A stretch of DNA of 64,000 bases from Harriotta raleighana (GCA_050575255.1 JBNZDD010013687.1:1400751-1464750); one strand, 5' to 3'. Shown: positions 1-14,149, counted from the stretch's first letter. Translations and numbers: made by a program. The notes: generated from the letters alone by a model not told the origin.

Positions 1-2920
1 TTGAAAAGCCATCTTGTAGGAGAAAATACAAAATACTATTAGCCACAAATTAATTTGGGCAGATGGTAGTCTTCTTCAGTCAGAGATGTCAGCAGGCAGC
101 ACAACAATGATGTATGCTGATGCTGCAAAGTCCAGGCTATGACCTGAGCAAAACAGCCCCTTTTAAAATCAATGTAAACCAAGGGTATGTTAAAACAAAC
201 ACTGACTGCAGCTTTGCAGCTATAAGGTAAACTGATGATTCCTGTATTGAAGTACCGTAATAGTTTACTACTATAGTCCTCAACTGCAGTCAATATTTGT
301 CAAATGTCCACACTACATACAAAGAACTGCCAAATCCCATTCAAATAGCATCAGTTTTTCAACCCATATTGTTTTTTTTAGAACACTTTGTCTCTGTGTT
401 TGGTTTGTGTTCTCATTTGTTCAGGTGTTAACTTTGTGTTTTATCCAAATCAATTGGAAATGAAAAGCAAAAATAAAAATGAGATAAGGGAATGTTTCCT
501 ACATTCAACGTTTATTTTGCTGGTTATGTTAGTATTCCTCCTAATTGCAGATCAAATGGTTAAATGTCAAAACTGATATTAAGCCCACGTCTTTGCCACA
601 GCGCACAAACCTTTTTGAAGATCTATTTTCGATCAGCCCACTTCCAGTCATGGCTGCATGATTCAGCTTTTTCAAAGAAAAGGTTTGATGGTCCTCTCTG
701 GCAAAACTGATTGAATGCCTGACATTACTGGGAATTGGGGCTTGGTTCAGAGGACAAATGACACATAGCAAAGATGAAAATATGGACGGAAAATAACATC
801 TAACTGAACCGGTCTGGTTTGATAGTAGATCAAAAGAAACACTGGAAAAACGCTCTAAGTATCGCAGACATAGATTCCCTCACCCTTCTCTGGTTGCGAA
901 CGTTGCTTGTTGTAACTAGTTTGAGCGAATTACGTATTATTGCAATTTTTAAAAATTTCATTAGTGTATGTTAATCGCTGCCTAAGGTAAAGCAACAGAA
1001 ACAGCTATTGCTAAGTACATTGAAGAATTGGAGGCAATCACAGAAATTACTCAAGTATTACAGCAGATGTGATTTTGGAATGCAGTCATTTGATGTTTTT
1101 CAGAAGTAAGCATCGATTTTTTTTTAACTTGGCAAGCAAAGATTGACAGTGTGTTATTTTCATCCTTTATCCCCGTCTGATAGTAAGAGAAAATCAATGA
1201 ACATATTTGCAAATGGATCCTTCTCTTTTTTTAAAAAAAACAAAAAGTCTGAACCTATTTGCTTGAAAATGACATGTTCTGGTAAAACAGTAATTTTCTT
1301 TGGGTTTTTTTCCCTCAGCCAAGTAAAAACCACAGTACAAGGTAATTAATTTACTGCACACATTGCTGAGAGCGATGCCTGCTGTTTGGTGACTGATCTA
1401 TAGATTATACTAATGACATCAATAGCTTTCTGACCAAATCTGAACTCAAAAGTCATTTTTATCACCTGTGACAGAAAATTGCCGCGGTTTTTTCTCTCCG
1501 AAATTCAGCAAGGAAATCCGAATGTAACCCTTTCAGTGCCAAAAAATTTCCCCTCAAAATTAAGCCAAGCTGTCGCTTGCCTTAGTGTCTTTCCATTTGG
1601 CGTCAATGAATTATTTTTCCGCAATTGTCAAATTCTAAAATGGTGGAGTTTAATATGCAATTAGTTAATAAGAAATCTTAGCGGGGCCTCCTTTCAGCGA
1701 CCAGAATTACATCACGTACGTCTCGCTGAGCTGCCTGCACAAACTCCTCAAAGCACGCAGACCACTTCAGAGCGGAGTTCCTGTGGGTTGGCGTGATTTA
1801 TGCCCAGTTTCCTTTTTAAGGAATCCAGTTAGAAATGGCGCATATCAAACCCCCGTTTTCAAAAACGATTCAACGAGGTACAAACCTGACTGAAATAACA
1901 AATGGAACTAATTCTAACTTAACTTTACAAAAGCCTAACTAATAGCAGCCCAACATTACTGCCATAGCAACAGCAATTGGTTGAACACAATAGGCTGATG
2001 AAAGAGGTAATGTGGTTGCAAACAGCGTTGAGGCAAAAAAAATCTCAGCAGCAAAGTGCTTAATCTTAAAACGATAGAATTTCCTGAAACATCTTTAAGA
2101 TTAAACGCATTTTAAAGATGACAATTAGCAGATTTTGTTATCCTTATATTTAAACATATGGCCAAGCAATTAGCTGCAGTAAGGATCTGGATCCAAAATC
2201 ACAAATGTTAATGTCTTATAAGACTAATCATTTAGCTTACTGTGCCATAGGCAGTTTAGAGCTCACAAGAAGGCTCTGTGCTAGATTAAGGGAGCCAAGT
2301 TGGCGAGCATTGAAAAGTCATTTTTTATTTTGCTTTCAGTGTCTTGGGAACCAGTTTTGCTAATTCATAAAGCTGCTGCCAATTTGGGGGAAAAAATTGT
2401 GAGGGAGAAAACAACAGAAGAACTGGGTGTTGGCATCAAATCTGAAGCGCAAGTGGCCATTTGTGAGTGTGGCAGAAGGGAAGCGAGGGGATGCCAAGTA
2501 CAATCAACCACATTAGGAGTAATAGCAAAGCTACGGTATAAAAATATGCTTAATGAACCACAATTTTTTCCCTGCTGCCTGAGGTGAAATTCCTGATTAG
2601 GATTATGAATAAATAAATTTGTAGGAGGAACCTTGAATCTGGCCAAAGGTCATTTCTAAGACAAAACCCAACCGCTATCACTGATAGACCAGATGAATAA
2701 CAGGGCATTGAACGCACATTTGGAACAGTCTCTCAAAGAAAATTGCACTGTAATTAATCAGTATAGTAATTATAGATTAGGTATTAATAGCCTTGAGTGG
2801 ATTTGAAGGTGAAAACCCTGAGAGACTTGTGCCCTTTATATATACAACATACACACAATACTTTAAATATACTTTAAATTATATTTACTAAACACTTATA
2901 ATAATAAAATATAATGTACA

Positions 2921-3036
2921 TTCTCCTACAAAATATACAGTCAATTCCCTTTACAATATATTCTGTGAAGCACTTTGAGATGTCTCAATGACTCAATAGG
3001 ATGCTACATCAAATTCAAGGATTATTATTATTATTA
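2921..3036 (+). mobile_element. 3' tail fragment of the tRNA-derived SINE
   Basis: AAATATACAGTCAATT...ATTCTGTGAAGCACTTTGAGA...AAATTCAAGG(ATT)5 matches the 3' end of the full copies at 32335 and 36846. Confidence 0.85.
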
Positions 3037-3545
3037 CTGCAGCATTTTATAACTTTTCATTCTACCTTTAGAATCCGACTAATTAATAATGCAATCAGAA
3101 TCTTCCACCCATTATATCAGCAATTTTTAATTTTTAAAAAATCATTTTAATGATTGAATTATTTACAATGATAAAGATTTAAATGAATAAATTCCCCTTT
3201 ATCCAAATTCAATTGGAACTCAATCCCTGTTCTTTTGATCCATCCAACTCCATTCTCAGAGCATGCAGATCTGGTTGCAACTGTTTAATTTGTACCATTG
3301 AATTTTGCACACTCTATAGCTGCGATTCAGGTCATTGGCTCAAAACTGGAACTCGACATGGCAAACCCATATAAGTGGCAAATTCCCTAATCTATTCAGT
3401 TGTTTGCATGTATGAGCACTGATTAACGTTGCCTACATGGGTCATCCATCTGTAACACAAACTGATAGAATCTTGGTTTTTGTTTACTGTTATTAACAGA
3501 ATAGTGTTTGTGACAGAAAATAAGTGTTACTTATTTTGTAACTGG

Positions 3546-3602
3546 CTGGGACGTCTTCCCAACGTGAAAGGCGCTATACAAGTGTAATTTTGTTGTTGTT
3601 GT
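3546..3602 (+). mobile_element. L2-type LINE 3' terminus
   Basis: GGGACGTCTTCCCAACGTGAAAGGCGCTATACAAGTG then (TTG)n; same terminus as 34885-34953 and 57470-57526. Confidence 0.75.
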
Positions 3603-3994
3603 AGGTGGGTTACTTCTCTATTGCGATTTTTAAAAATGCATAGGAGAAATTTACAGAGAACACTCTTTTACCTCATTGTTTAATATAAATTTAACAAAAA
3701 CAACTCCATATGCATTAATTATTTTGCAAAATGATATGGAAATGCAGAAGGTTGTTAATAATCTAAAGAATTTTTATACGTTGTATTTTATGTCAGAATA
3801 AAATAATTTGGGCCCAGCTTTTTGAGGCATCTTTGTCTGCATTACTATAAAAAAGTGTCAAAGCATGTTGTTTACTGCTCTTGCTTTAAGCAATGTGAAG
3901 CTGGGGTATTTTCAAATGAACAAATAGGTATATCATATAACAAAACTTCATTTTGGACAATAGCATAAATTGGGAATTTTGCATCTTAATTTTT

Positions 3995-4180
3995 AAAAAA
4001 ATAATAATAAGTTGGTCACTCAGTCCATGACAGTTTGTCGGACAATGTGCGCAATTGGATGCCGTGTTTCATCCACAAAATATACAGTCAATTCATTCTA
4101 CAGGAAATTCTGTGAAGTGCTTTGAGACGTCTCGAAGACTTGATAAGGTGCTGTATTAAATGCTTTAATTTGTATTATTT
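3995..4180 (+). mobile_element. 5'-truncated tRNA-derived SINE (3' half)
   Basis: A-rich linker, TGTGCGCAATTGGATGCCGTGTTTC, AATATACAGTCAATT and CTGTGAAGTGCTTTGAGACGTCTCGAAGAC are collinear with 36846-37159. Confidence 0.85.
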
Positions 4181-4794
4181 TGTCATTCCAACACATTTCA
4201 CACATTCTCTCCTGCTCCCAGACCTACCCCACTCAATTTCATGCCACACCTGCCTCAGTTTCAAGCCTGACTTGATGTGAGCATCTTTCTGATGTCAGTC
4301 TTGTGGACTGTAACAAAAAAGTAACTACAGTACAATAAATCATGATCTATTGCTCTGCTACTCTGATCAAAATAAGTCCTACTAATCTTATCAGAGAATT
4401 GCCTTGGGAAATGTATTCAGTATATGAATATTCACACAATCTATAATCATAGTAATATACAATTGTTTCATTTTTAATTCAACAATCACCACATTTCTTC
4501 TCTTCTCTCTCCCAACCACCCCTCTCCCCAACATCCCAGCTCTGTAAAGACTGGAAAATATTTTGTTCAAATATGAAGTTACAGATTGATGGGGCAGTAT
4601 GAAATGGTTACGAAAATAAATTTTCTGGAAAATAACCCATTTGTTGTATGCTTTTAAATTAAAGTAATACGCACTTTGGGCTGATGATCATTGCAAGTCA
4701 GAAACATTTCACCGATTTAAAAAGAGGGGCTTTGCCCATTGAACAAAGTAATACTCATTGTCCAAGGCATTAGTAGGTTGCATCTCAAGGGAAC

Positions 4795-5240
4795 TGACTA
4801 AGTCGAAAACAATTACTCGAACCTTGGACAGACAAGTGTTCTGGTTACATCTCGAAAATTGTGGGTGGTTTTTGGCCACTCTACCTTCATAGGGATATTG
4901 AACTATTGGAAGGAGTTCAAAGAAGAGCAACAGGGTGAACTCCAGGGCTTAAAGCTCCAAGGTATGAATAGCTATATAGTCTTGATCCAGTTGTTTAAAA
5001 TGATGAGCAGCACAGCTGATGTAGACATAAACAGCCGACTAAAGAGTAAGAGTAGATCAAGAAAACACAGATTTACAATTAAATTGCCTTATATGGGATT
5101 AATGCTGAAAATAATTTGTATTCCACCAGAAAGAAGCAGATGTGAAGATCAGATTTTAAACAAAAACAGTTGATGGGAAATTGACTGCTCTGAAAACTGC
5201 AGAAGTTGAGAACAGGTTTGGATATTTATAAAGGTATCTT
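4795..5240 (+). mobile_element. decayed CR1 LINE ORF2 C-terminal fragment
   Basis: 4888-4932 translates HRDIELLEGVQRRAT, preceded by LHLENC; matches the CR1 motif PHLEYCVQFW...KDIELLERVQRRAT; frameshifted. Confidence 0.8.
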
Positions 5241-5660
5241 GAAATATATTTTACAGGCTTAGAAACAGAGAGAGGCATAGACAATAAACAACCCTGTGTC
5301 GTAAAGATATGAATTGCCCTTAAACCTCCTAAAAAATAAAAGTTTTCAGAGTTTAAGTGAAATCCTTAGTAACAATTAGCAGCAGACCAGATATATCTGT
5401 TAAAATTTATCAGGTTGGTTTAAAAAAACCAATATTTATGGTTGCTTATGACAGCAGCAGAGTTTTTGCTTTGCCTGGCATGAAAATGCCAATGTAACTA
5501 TTGTTATCACTATCTCAGCAGCCAGAAAGAAGACATTTGAGTAATGGACATTTCCTGCGTTTCAATCACCTGAATGAACTGATATATTTGATCCACTTAT
5601 ATACTTGAACCACTTTTGTTACTTGAACCCTATGAGTTTGCTATTCAAATTTATATTGAA

Positions 5661-5780
5661 ATAATAATAATCTTTACATTTGGTACAGAGTCTTTCACGT
5701 AGGGAGGAGGACAGTTCAAAACTTTTCACAGTATTTCCTGTAAAGTGGAGTGGCTGTAATAATGTAGGTAAATGTAGGTG
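5661..5780 (-). mobile_element. SINE 3' tail fragment
   Basis: (AAT)n followed by the reverse complement of the shared tail (TTTCACG...TTTCACAGTATTTCCTGTAAAGTGGAGTGGCTGT). Confidence 0.7.
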
Positions 5781-6529
5781 ATGAACATTGCTCAAATGCT
5801 AAGTAGTGGAGTTGACAGCATGAAGATGTGTACAGAACTATGTCCATGCCTAGCCATTTTAGGAATCCACAGGTAGACATCAGCAGTGGAAGCTAAGCTT
5901 TAACAATGGACAGAATAATTTTATCAAATTGCAGTAATGCAACAAATAGAGAGGGATAGGTTTCGGCTCTTAGCCTCCGTCCTATTTCTGACATTTTGTA
6001 ATCTTGCGCATTTGCATTAATTCCACACAGAGTTACAGTACAGTATATGGATAAACATGTGAACCCTACCACTCATGTCATTTTGGCATGCTTTCACGTT
6101 CCTCCTGGAATTTTGGCACCAGGGCACAGTCCAGGAGGGAGTGAACGGCCACACAACCTGCTGAAAGTTAAACAGAAAAATTCACCCCGACATAATTAGC
6201 AGTTAAAATTCCCTCAGAAACAGTCTACAATTCGCTGTAATCTATACCATGTGGGAAATAGGGGTCTGCACATTTGGTTTAGGTTAACTTGGGCTGGTTG
6301 GAAATAAAATGCCACGGTAGCTTTATGGTTGTGCTTCCTCCAAGGTGGTCTTGTGTACACCACCAAGCTATTGCCCATGTGTCATCAAAGACATGATGCA
6401 GAGCTGGACATAGAACATTTAGTACTTTTTGTACGAGTCTGCTCGCCCCCATTCAGTTACAAACTAAAATCTTGCCCTGATGCTAATGGTTAATTTTTTT
6501 TTAAATTCCAAATGTAATCAGGTGGTATG

Positions 6530-6812
6530 ATAGGCCCTAGCACCCTTCTAAGTCTCCGACCTGCTCTCTCCCTACACAACTGGCCGCTGCCTAAGCTCGA
6601 CTGGCTCTTGCCTCCTCCTTGTTCCCTATCTACCATCGCCTGCAGTGCTTTCAGCCACTACGCCCAGAAGATGTATAGCTCTCTCTCTCAATCCGTTCAC
6701 CTTGCCCCCTCTCTACCCATTTGCGGTTGCGCTTGAAATCTTTCCACTCCGAACGTGCCTTTGGTCACCTTACCCTTCCCCCTTGCTCGACATCAGGCTC
6801 CAATTGTTGTTG
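6530..6812 (+). mobile_element. L2 LINE ORF2 C-terminus and short 3' UTR
   Basis: Translates STIACSAFSHYAQKMYSSLSQSVHLAPSL / LKSFHSERAFGHL, like the L2 C-terminal STIGGRAFS..P.LWNSLP..LRL..SL..FK..LKT.LFDQAFGH; ends in (TTG)n; UTR motif CCTTCCCCCTT...GCTCGRCATCAGGCTC shared with 56516-56632. Confidence 0.85.
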
Positions 6813-8760
6813 TATACACTTTCCTAACGTTTATAGAATCCCATTCCTAATTTACATTAACGGTACATTAACCACGCCACAAAATTACAGGCAACTTTAT
6901 TGTTTACTCCAAAGTATTTCAGATGGTGTACTCAAATTTTTCTGACACATAAAATAAGAAATAGAGAAGAACAAAGCACAATACCATTGCACATGTTCTA
7001 ATGGATGAGACGTCCAAATAGGTTACAAGTTAAGACTTCTAATGGGTTATCTAGACTTTTTCCACTGACATCAAAGAGACAAGTTAGCTTTTGGTGGTAT
7101 GATAGTTCTTTTTACTGTGCCCGGTACATTCTGGTTTGTTGGGGTCCTTGTCTAGAAAGATCAAGTCAATCAATTGTGGTCTAACATGACCCAGCAAGAA
7201 AGCAATGAGCATTACGTTACCCAAAAGTAAGACATACAAGTTCACAATCACTTTCAATGGATAGTTGACCCACTCAGTGGCATCATTATGTAGTCTTTTT
7301 AAAAATAAGTTCTGTATGCCTGTAATATACAGTTTGTTATTGATAACAACACGATCTCCATGATGTATGAGTAGCTTGGTATTATAGAGCTTTAAATCTT
7401 GGTTTTATACTGTATGCTGATTTCTCTAAAGTTGTTTGAAAAAAAATGCAGTAAACACTTTGTTAAAAAAAAATCACCCTCCTTTAGCTAGCTGACGGCT
7501 CGTGTAAGTTTACAGCAGTTCTGTTTCAAGGAAAAGTGTTCTCATCCTCCTGTTTTCAATTTTCATGTAACAGAGAACAAAAGAAGAAAAGAAATGAGAA
7601 GGTGCCAGTGGCTATGAATGACACAATGGGATATTTTAGAATACTTTACAAGCCTTTGCAAATACTGTATATGATCAGGGTGCAAAGTGTAACGTAGATT
7701 CATAAGCTCTGTTGTTTATTGAACTATGAAGTGTTAAACTGACGTGTTTAGATAAGATATGAAGGAATTAGCATTTTGAAAGGTGGGAATGGGGCTATTA
7801 ATCTGCTGCTGAAATGTGCATTGTGTGGCTGGACTGTAAATCTACACTCAAACAAAAGCACCCTTATTCTCATCCATTTAAAACACAACAGATTTTAGCA
7901 GAAATAGAAGTGAAAATGTAGCTTCTTAAAATCTACACATTTAAGTATGCATTTAACAAACATGCCCATAATTGGCATGGACTGTATAACATAACCTCAA
8001 TGCCATTTCTATCATAGTTAATGAACTAGACCTAATTATGGTCTAAGGACTAAAACAGTCAGGTCCCTATTCCCAAGATTAAGATTGTTTCACATACACA
8101 GATCGTGGATTGAAAAATGATATAATCATTATCCTGCATATTTTGCTGAAGAAGACTTTGCTAGACCTGCAAGATTAATGTTGGCCAGATTAAGTGCGTT
8201 AAATTAAACAGATCTATCATATTTACTAAAAAAAAGTGACAAAAGCAACATACAATTACAAATGGAGAATTTTATCTTAAAAATGAATGCTGACAAGCTT
8301 TCATTAAATAGATACAAACTCAGATTCTCATAACTGACAGATATAAATAATCTCGTTTACGTTCATGCCTCGTATTCCAGAAATAATGCAAATGTGCCAT
8401 TTTATGAGAGAATAAGACATAATTTCGATTTTTAAAACCGCACATAACTTTCCAAGTAATTATGCTCAGCTTGTAAATGAGAGTTCCCTGCACTCTCCCA
8501 AGCATAAAACAAGTAGAGAAGATGAGACTTATTCTCACTTCATTTCACATCCATGTAATTGACAACCCCTTATTTGATGTTAAATTTAAAGGATGACAAA
8601 TACACATTGAATCCACACCACTTGAGTCAACATTTTAACTAGAGAAAACTGTTCACACATTAATCTGTATTTCTATACTGACTCAAATAAGTGATAGGAG
8701 GAGAGCAAAATGGTAATATCTGACTGCAGAGTTCATAGGGTGAAAATTGGGGCCAATGAT

Positions 8761-8796
8761 GTGTTAATTAACACCAGTGTTAATTAACATGTTAAT
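8761..8796. repeat. cluster of overlapping palindromes with tandem TTAATTAA
   Basis: GTGTTAATTAACAC (8761-8774, perfect), GTGTTAATTAACAT (8777-8790), ATTAACATGTTAAT (8783-8796, perfect). Confidence 0.9.
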
Positions 8797-9127
8797 ACAA
8801 ATGTGGCCAGTCAATGTCTTAATTTATTGACTGATCCAGCAGTTTTACTGCCCCCCTCCGCAACTGTCACAATGATTGGGGCTCAAGTTAGTTTGAGGGA
8901 CTGTGGGTTGGCGGAGTACAATGTTGGCCCACTGGTTAATGGAGTGTGGTGTCGGACTCCTCGTTATTGGAGCATAGCTGGTTAATGTGTGGCGTTGAAC
9001 TGACGATTAACGGACAGTGGACTGCTGGTTTGTGGCACGCGGCCTTAAACTTTCGGCATTTTGGGAGATTAAGAAATATAATTTGGGCTTTGTTTTAAGG
9101 GAATTTAAAATGAAGTAGGACATCACG

Positions 9128-9305
9128 AGGATCCCTGTGCCCTTCTTCAAATCAGTATCATTGCGTCTTTAATGTCCACCCGAGCCACCAGAACAGGCAC
9201 ACATTTAACATCTCATCTGAAGGACAGCACCTCCAACAATTCAGCACACCCTACATTGAAGTGTCATCTTAGATTATGAGCTCAAGCCCTGGTGTAGGAC
9301 CCAAT
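9128..9305 (-). mobile_element. Deu-domain SINE fragment (SacSINE1/AmnSINE1-like)
   Basis: Reverse complement reads CTTGAGCTCATAATCTAAGATGACAC...TTGGAGGTGCTGTCCTTCAGATGAGATGTTAAA...GGTGGACATTAAAGA; homologous to 51203-51318 and 53330-53640; family name from recall. Confidence 0.8.
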
Positions 9306-10304
9306 TTGCATTATTATTCTGTAATTTAAATAAACTCAGGCACATACTTAGGCACGTTCATAAATCAGTGCAACTGCACTGGAAATACAATGAGGCTGAA
9401 GGAATACACAGAAGTGGAACCTTTCAAAATCAAAACATATATTTTTAAAAATATTTTACATACAGTCCAGGCATTACAAACAAGAATTTTGATTGAAACA
9501 GACTGAGAAACATTTTTTTTTAAATCACCGAAGAAAAAATTTAATGATCAGTTTCCTGTAAATGCAAAATGAACGTAACCTGGCTGGATACCATTCCGTG
9601 CTTCAGTCTGATTTACATTTAAAGTACTATGTGTGACAAAATTGTGCTATAATATGTGAAGTGGCAACACTGCACATTTTACTGCTGCTTTCTTCCACCA
9701 ACGCAAATACTAATTACATAGCTTTTGGTGACTTGTTAACGTCAGTTAGTAAAGTGTGAATTTTTTAATGAAGTGGTAACGCTTTAATTTAAAGATTTAA
9801 AAAAAGCACAGGATAGAAAATCTCCACAACCCAACTGAACCCAGCCAGTGCAATGGTTGACTTTAGCTTTGCTGCCTAAAAGCACAAAACACAATATCAA
9901 TGTGATGGCACCATGAGTTAATACCTTATTTGCGTTGTGTACTGCCTGAAAAGTAATATTACTTTGAGAACAATGGACAGTCAGGGTGAATTTATGAGCA
10001 CCTGAAGTTTCTGGTTTCTTCTTACATTTGTCTGTAGACAAGTGGAACAGTCACTCACCCACATTAAATCTTGGACACAACCAGGGATCTCATACATGTC
10101 TACGATTCATCTGACCATCTGTGATTTTTGTGTAATATATATACACAGCTTTCTTTCTCCTCTGGCACTTGCACATGAGAAATGCCCAGCTATGCCTTGC
10201 AGTCAATTGACACTACATTTAAGCAAGCTGTTGGTAATTAAATAGATTGAGTCTACGAGGTCAAACCCAACATTATAAGAATACAATAGGCAAAAACAGA
10301 TTAT

Positions 10305-10625
10305 ATAAGGTGATCTGATTGAGGTGTTTAAAATAATTGACAAGCTAGATAGGAGCTGATTTCTCTCTGGTGGAGGGAACAAAAATAAGGGGTCATCATC
10401 TTAAAATTAAAGCTAAACAAGTTAAGAGTGAAATCAGAAAACGTTTCTTCTCACAAAAGGTTTTGTCAGTGTGGAATGTACTGCCCCAGGAGGCCATAAC
10501 TGCAGAATCAATTGCGCATTTTAAACAGAGGTAGACAGGTACTTGGGAAGCCAAGGTAAAATAAACATAATAAGGTTGTCTATCCTGGTATTAAGGAACT
10601 TGGAGATAGATGGAGAAATGGGATT
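10305..10625 (+). mobile_element. CR1 LINE ORF2 C-terminal fragment
   Basis: GDLIEVFKII (from 10309) and RGHHLKIKAKQVKSEIRKRFFSQKVLSVWNVLPQEAITAESIAHFK (from 10388), a canonical CR1 C-terminus. Confidence 0.9.
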
Positions 10626-13600
10626 AAAAGATTTGATAATAATGTAATAAAATAGTGGAACAGGCTTGCAATTGCTTGGTGTGGTTTGTATTACTGTCGA
10701 TAAACAAATACATTATGTGGCAATCTCTGTCTGAAACAGGGAGCGTGTGGTTAAGGAACATTTTATTGTTGTAGCTTCCACCCTCTTCTCTCCAAAAAGG
10801 ATTTGAATACCCCAGCTCTGTTACCTCAATAGTCATCTTATATCTTCTCCAGCCTCTCATTTAAATACTGGAAAATCAGGAGCTGGCTAGTTAAGGCAGT
10901 GGACCTGAATCTATTTTGCACCTTTAGTTGATAAGATTTGTGCTACTATTATTATTTGAAAATACTGTAATTTGATCAATAAAATAAATGGGTACTTTAT
11001 TAATTCAGGTTCAGATTATCCTAAATAAGCCATAGAAAGTGAAGATATCTTACAATAACATAACCGAGACTATGTTGCTGTGGATGATATGCATCACATA
11101 ATAAATATAGAAATATACAACAGCTTAAATTGGAATGTCAACAATCAGCGAGCAAGGCTGATTCAACACATTTGCAATAAAACGTTACACTGGAATGTGT
11201 TTACATGAAAAGCTTCAAATGGGAATATTCTCAAACTGCAGTAACCCATTAAGCATTTTGGCATTGATTTATATTTTTAAGAATTAATGAACTTAGTAAG
11301 GAACATACATTACATGACGAGCTCCATAAAAATGTTAAGGCACACTTTTAAGTAAAGTGCTGTTCAATTAGATCGACCCTTTTAGCCTTGGGCCTATCAG
11401 GCACTGGACCTGCCTCAGACAGGCAAATCTACTTTATCTGCCTTTCTCCTAATAGTGTTTCATCAAAATCTGAGGACTGGCTGCTGTAAGAACTAGTAAT
11501 GCTATGGGATGCACAGCATGCAATAAAAATCTGACAAAGCTTCCAAAGACTCCATAATAGTGTGCTAACCTGATCAGTCTAAGCACATGAATCTAATTTT
11601 TTAACATGCTATAGGTCTGCTCAATTACACACCAAGTGGATCAGTATAACTTATATTTCCCTTCACTGAGCAGTAGAACAAGGGCCGTCAGCAAGGGTTT
11701 CAATGCAAAAACATTGTTGCCTGAAAAGTATGCAGAAAACCTCCCTTTAGCCTCAATGAACTGCAACTTTTTTTTTGCATTTGCAACCTGTGTTTTTTGT
11801 TTACTAGCTTACTCACGAGTGATAAACGTTGAGCATTCTTTCTATTTTACACATCTTGTAAAGAAAGGATGGAGATGGAAGTCATGGCATAATTCCACAA
11901 AGCTGATGAAAAACGCACAATAAAGTTTTCATGTCAGAATCAGCATTGAATTCAGTGTTTCTGCCTCAACCCTAAGCATAAATGTTAAATGCATGTGCTG
12001 CACAAATGGGAAATGGAAATCAAGAGCCCACATGTGAGAGGAATTATTACGTTGGTGAAAAATGCATTCGTACATTAATGCCTTCTCTGGCCTATTGCTC
12101 TATGCAATGTTTACATCTGCTCTATTTTAAAAAAATAAAATGTTCTTTGATGAGCATTATCGTTCTGGAATGAGTAGACTCATGTCATGAACATCAGTTA
12201 CGTAAACTAGATAGAAGAACACAACAGTACTTATTTACTTCCTGTAAGAAGGATTTATGGTTTCAGAGTAACACAGGACAGTCTACTTTATAATACCTTA
12301 ATTTGCATGTACAAACAAATTTAGCATAGTTTGATGAGCATTACTTATTGCCTGTTTAGCGGGACAAAGACTAAGCCAATTAACCATTTAACAATCATGC
12401 AATTGTCCAAGTGTGCAAAGCACAGAGAATATGCTTTCAGTATCATAAAGATTAGTCTTATGGTTATAGTTGAGTTATAGGAAAAAGTCAATGTTGCAAT
12501 GATTTAAAATTTTAAATCAGGCACATTACCAAAACACGTTTTCTATTTTACCTATAATAATATAGCACATATCTACTCTCTAAATTGCATAAAAACAAAG
12601 TCTTTTGTGTTGTCTTTGTCATAAAAATGTGGAAATAAGAACAGGTGTGTGTAAAAAAAAAACAGCTTTCTCTCTCCATTGCTGGCAACATTTTAAACAT
12701 CAGGTGAATCCTGCTTTGTTTACATCTGTACAGAAAGGTGTCACAAGCACAAAGACAAAATGGTTTGGAGGACATTTCAGACCTGGAAATCAATTTGAAG
12801 GAAAGGAAAATAAAGATGATGCGTTTTAAGAGATCTGATGCAGCTATTAGCAGAGATGAGAGAATTTATTTCAGCCTCAGTTGCTTCGAACTACAGCATT
12901 GCATCCAAAATGACAATGGAGTTAAAGAGTTATGACCAACTGTCCACCTTATTTAACTCTCAAACATAGAAGGAAGATTTTAAAATCATAGAGCTACGAA
13001 AATAGTTGTGCACTTTCGTTAACAGTTGAAAGAATTTTGAAATCTTAAACTGCATAAAGAATAGTTTTAAATGTCTGCCAATGTATAAGGAATAAGGCAG
13101 TTTTGATGTGCATCATTAGTATTACAAATAGAAGGAGATTGCAAAAGATTTGGTGTAGACAAGGTAAGTAAAGTGCAAGATGGGGCAAGGATAGCGGTGG
13201 ATCAATGTGAGGTGTGACTATCACCAAACATTCTTAGGTTCTCATTAGATCTCCAGTAGTATACTTTGTAAACTGCATAAATATTTAATGTACGAAGCAG
13301 AAAAAGCATTCCAAGACAATTCTGTGACATTTAAATATAAAATCTTCTGCTACAAGTGCTGCTTTTTGAACACAGCAATCATAAATAATCTTGTGGGATT
13401 TTTTTTCCCTGAGATTCCATCTAATACTGTCTAATCTGTTTGATGTCAATTTGGGAAATAGGGTTAGCTTCTTTGACCCATAAAACAATATTTCCTCCCA
13501 GCTAATTCAGCTTCATGCTTTCCAGTCGCTGATAGACATAATATTAAAATCAGACTGAACAGGCAGAATTTATTAGCTGAGGCTACGTAGTGAAGGAAGG

Positions 13601-14149
13601 ATGCCCTTCCATGAATTCCAATAGTGCTTGTGTCATGCGCACTTTCTTCATGCAGAAAGCCTTGGCAATGGCAAGATGTCAAGGAGACATGGTCCTGTCA
13701 TTCTTAAAAATCACGTTTCCCATCTTAGGTAAAACAGCATCACTGAAACAGCAGAGATTTCTTGTAAACTGGCATTATTTTACCTCTGCGCATATCTCTT
13801 GACACACAGCATATCATCTGTGAGCACTGGTGCAGGAGAACCAATGATTTAGGAAGGGTTTATCTGCTGAAGAAGGTGAGTAGTCTTAGCGTGAAACAAT
13901 AGCCACTCGTCAGTTCCAAGACTCTTCTTTATGGTGGAACTGTAGTGAATAAATACAAGCAATGGACAATTTACAAGCACTATGTATAGATAGGAAAGAT
14001 AGCTCAGAATAAAAGCAGGCGTACTATAAGTAGATATATTTACCATTCAAATGAAATAGTTTTTTTTGGAAAAATGTCATATTTTTAGGAAACAGAATCT
14101 CTTTTGTGTTTCTTCTTGTATCCACTATGCCTGGTTCTGTGTCAGAGTG

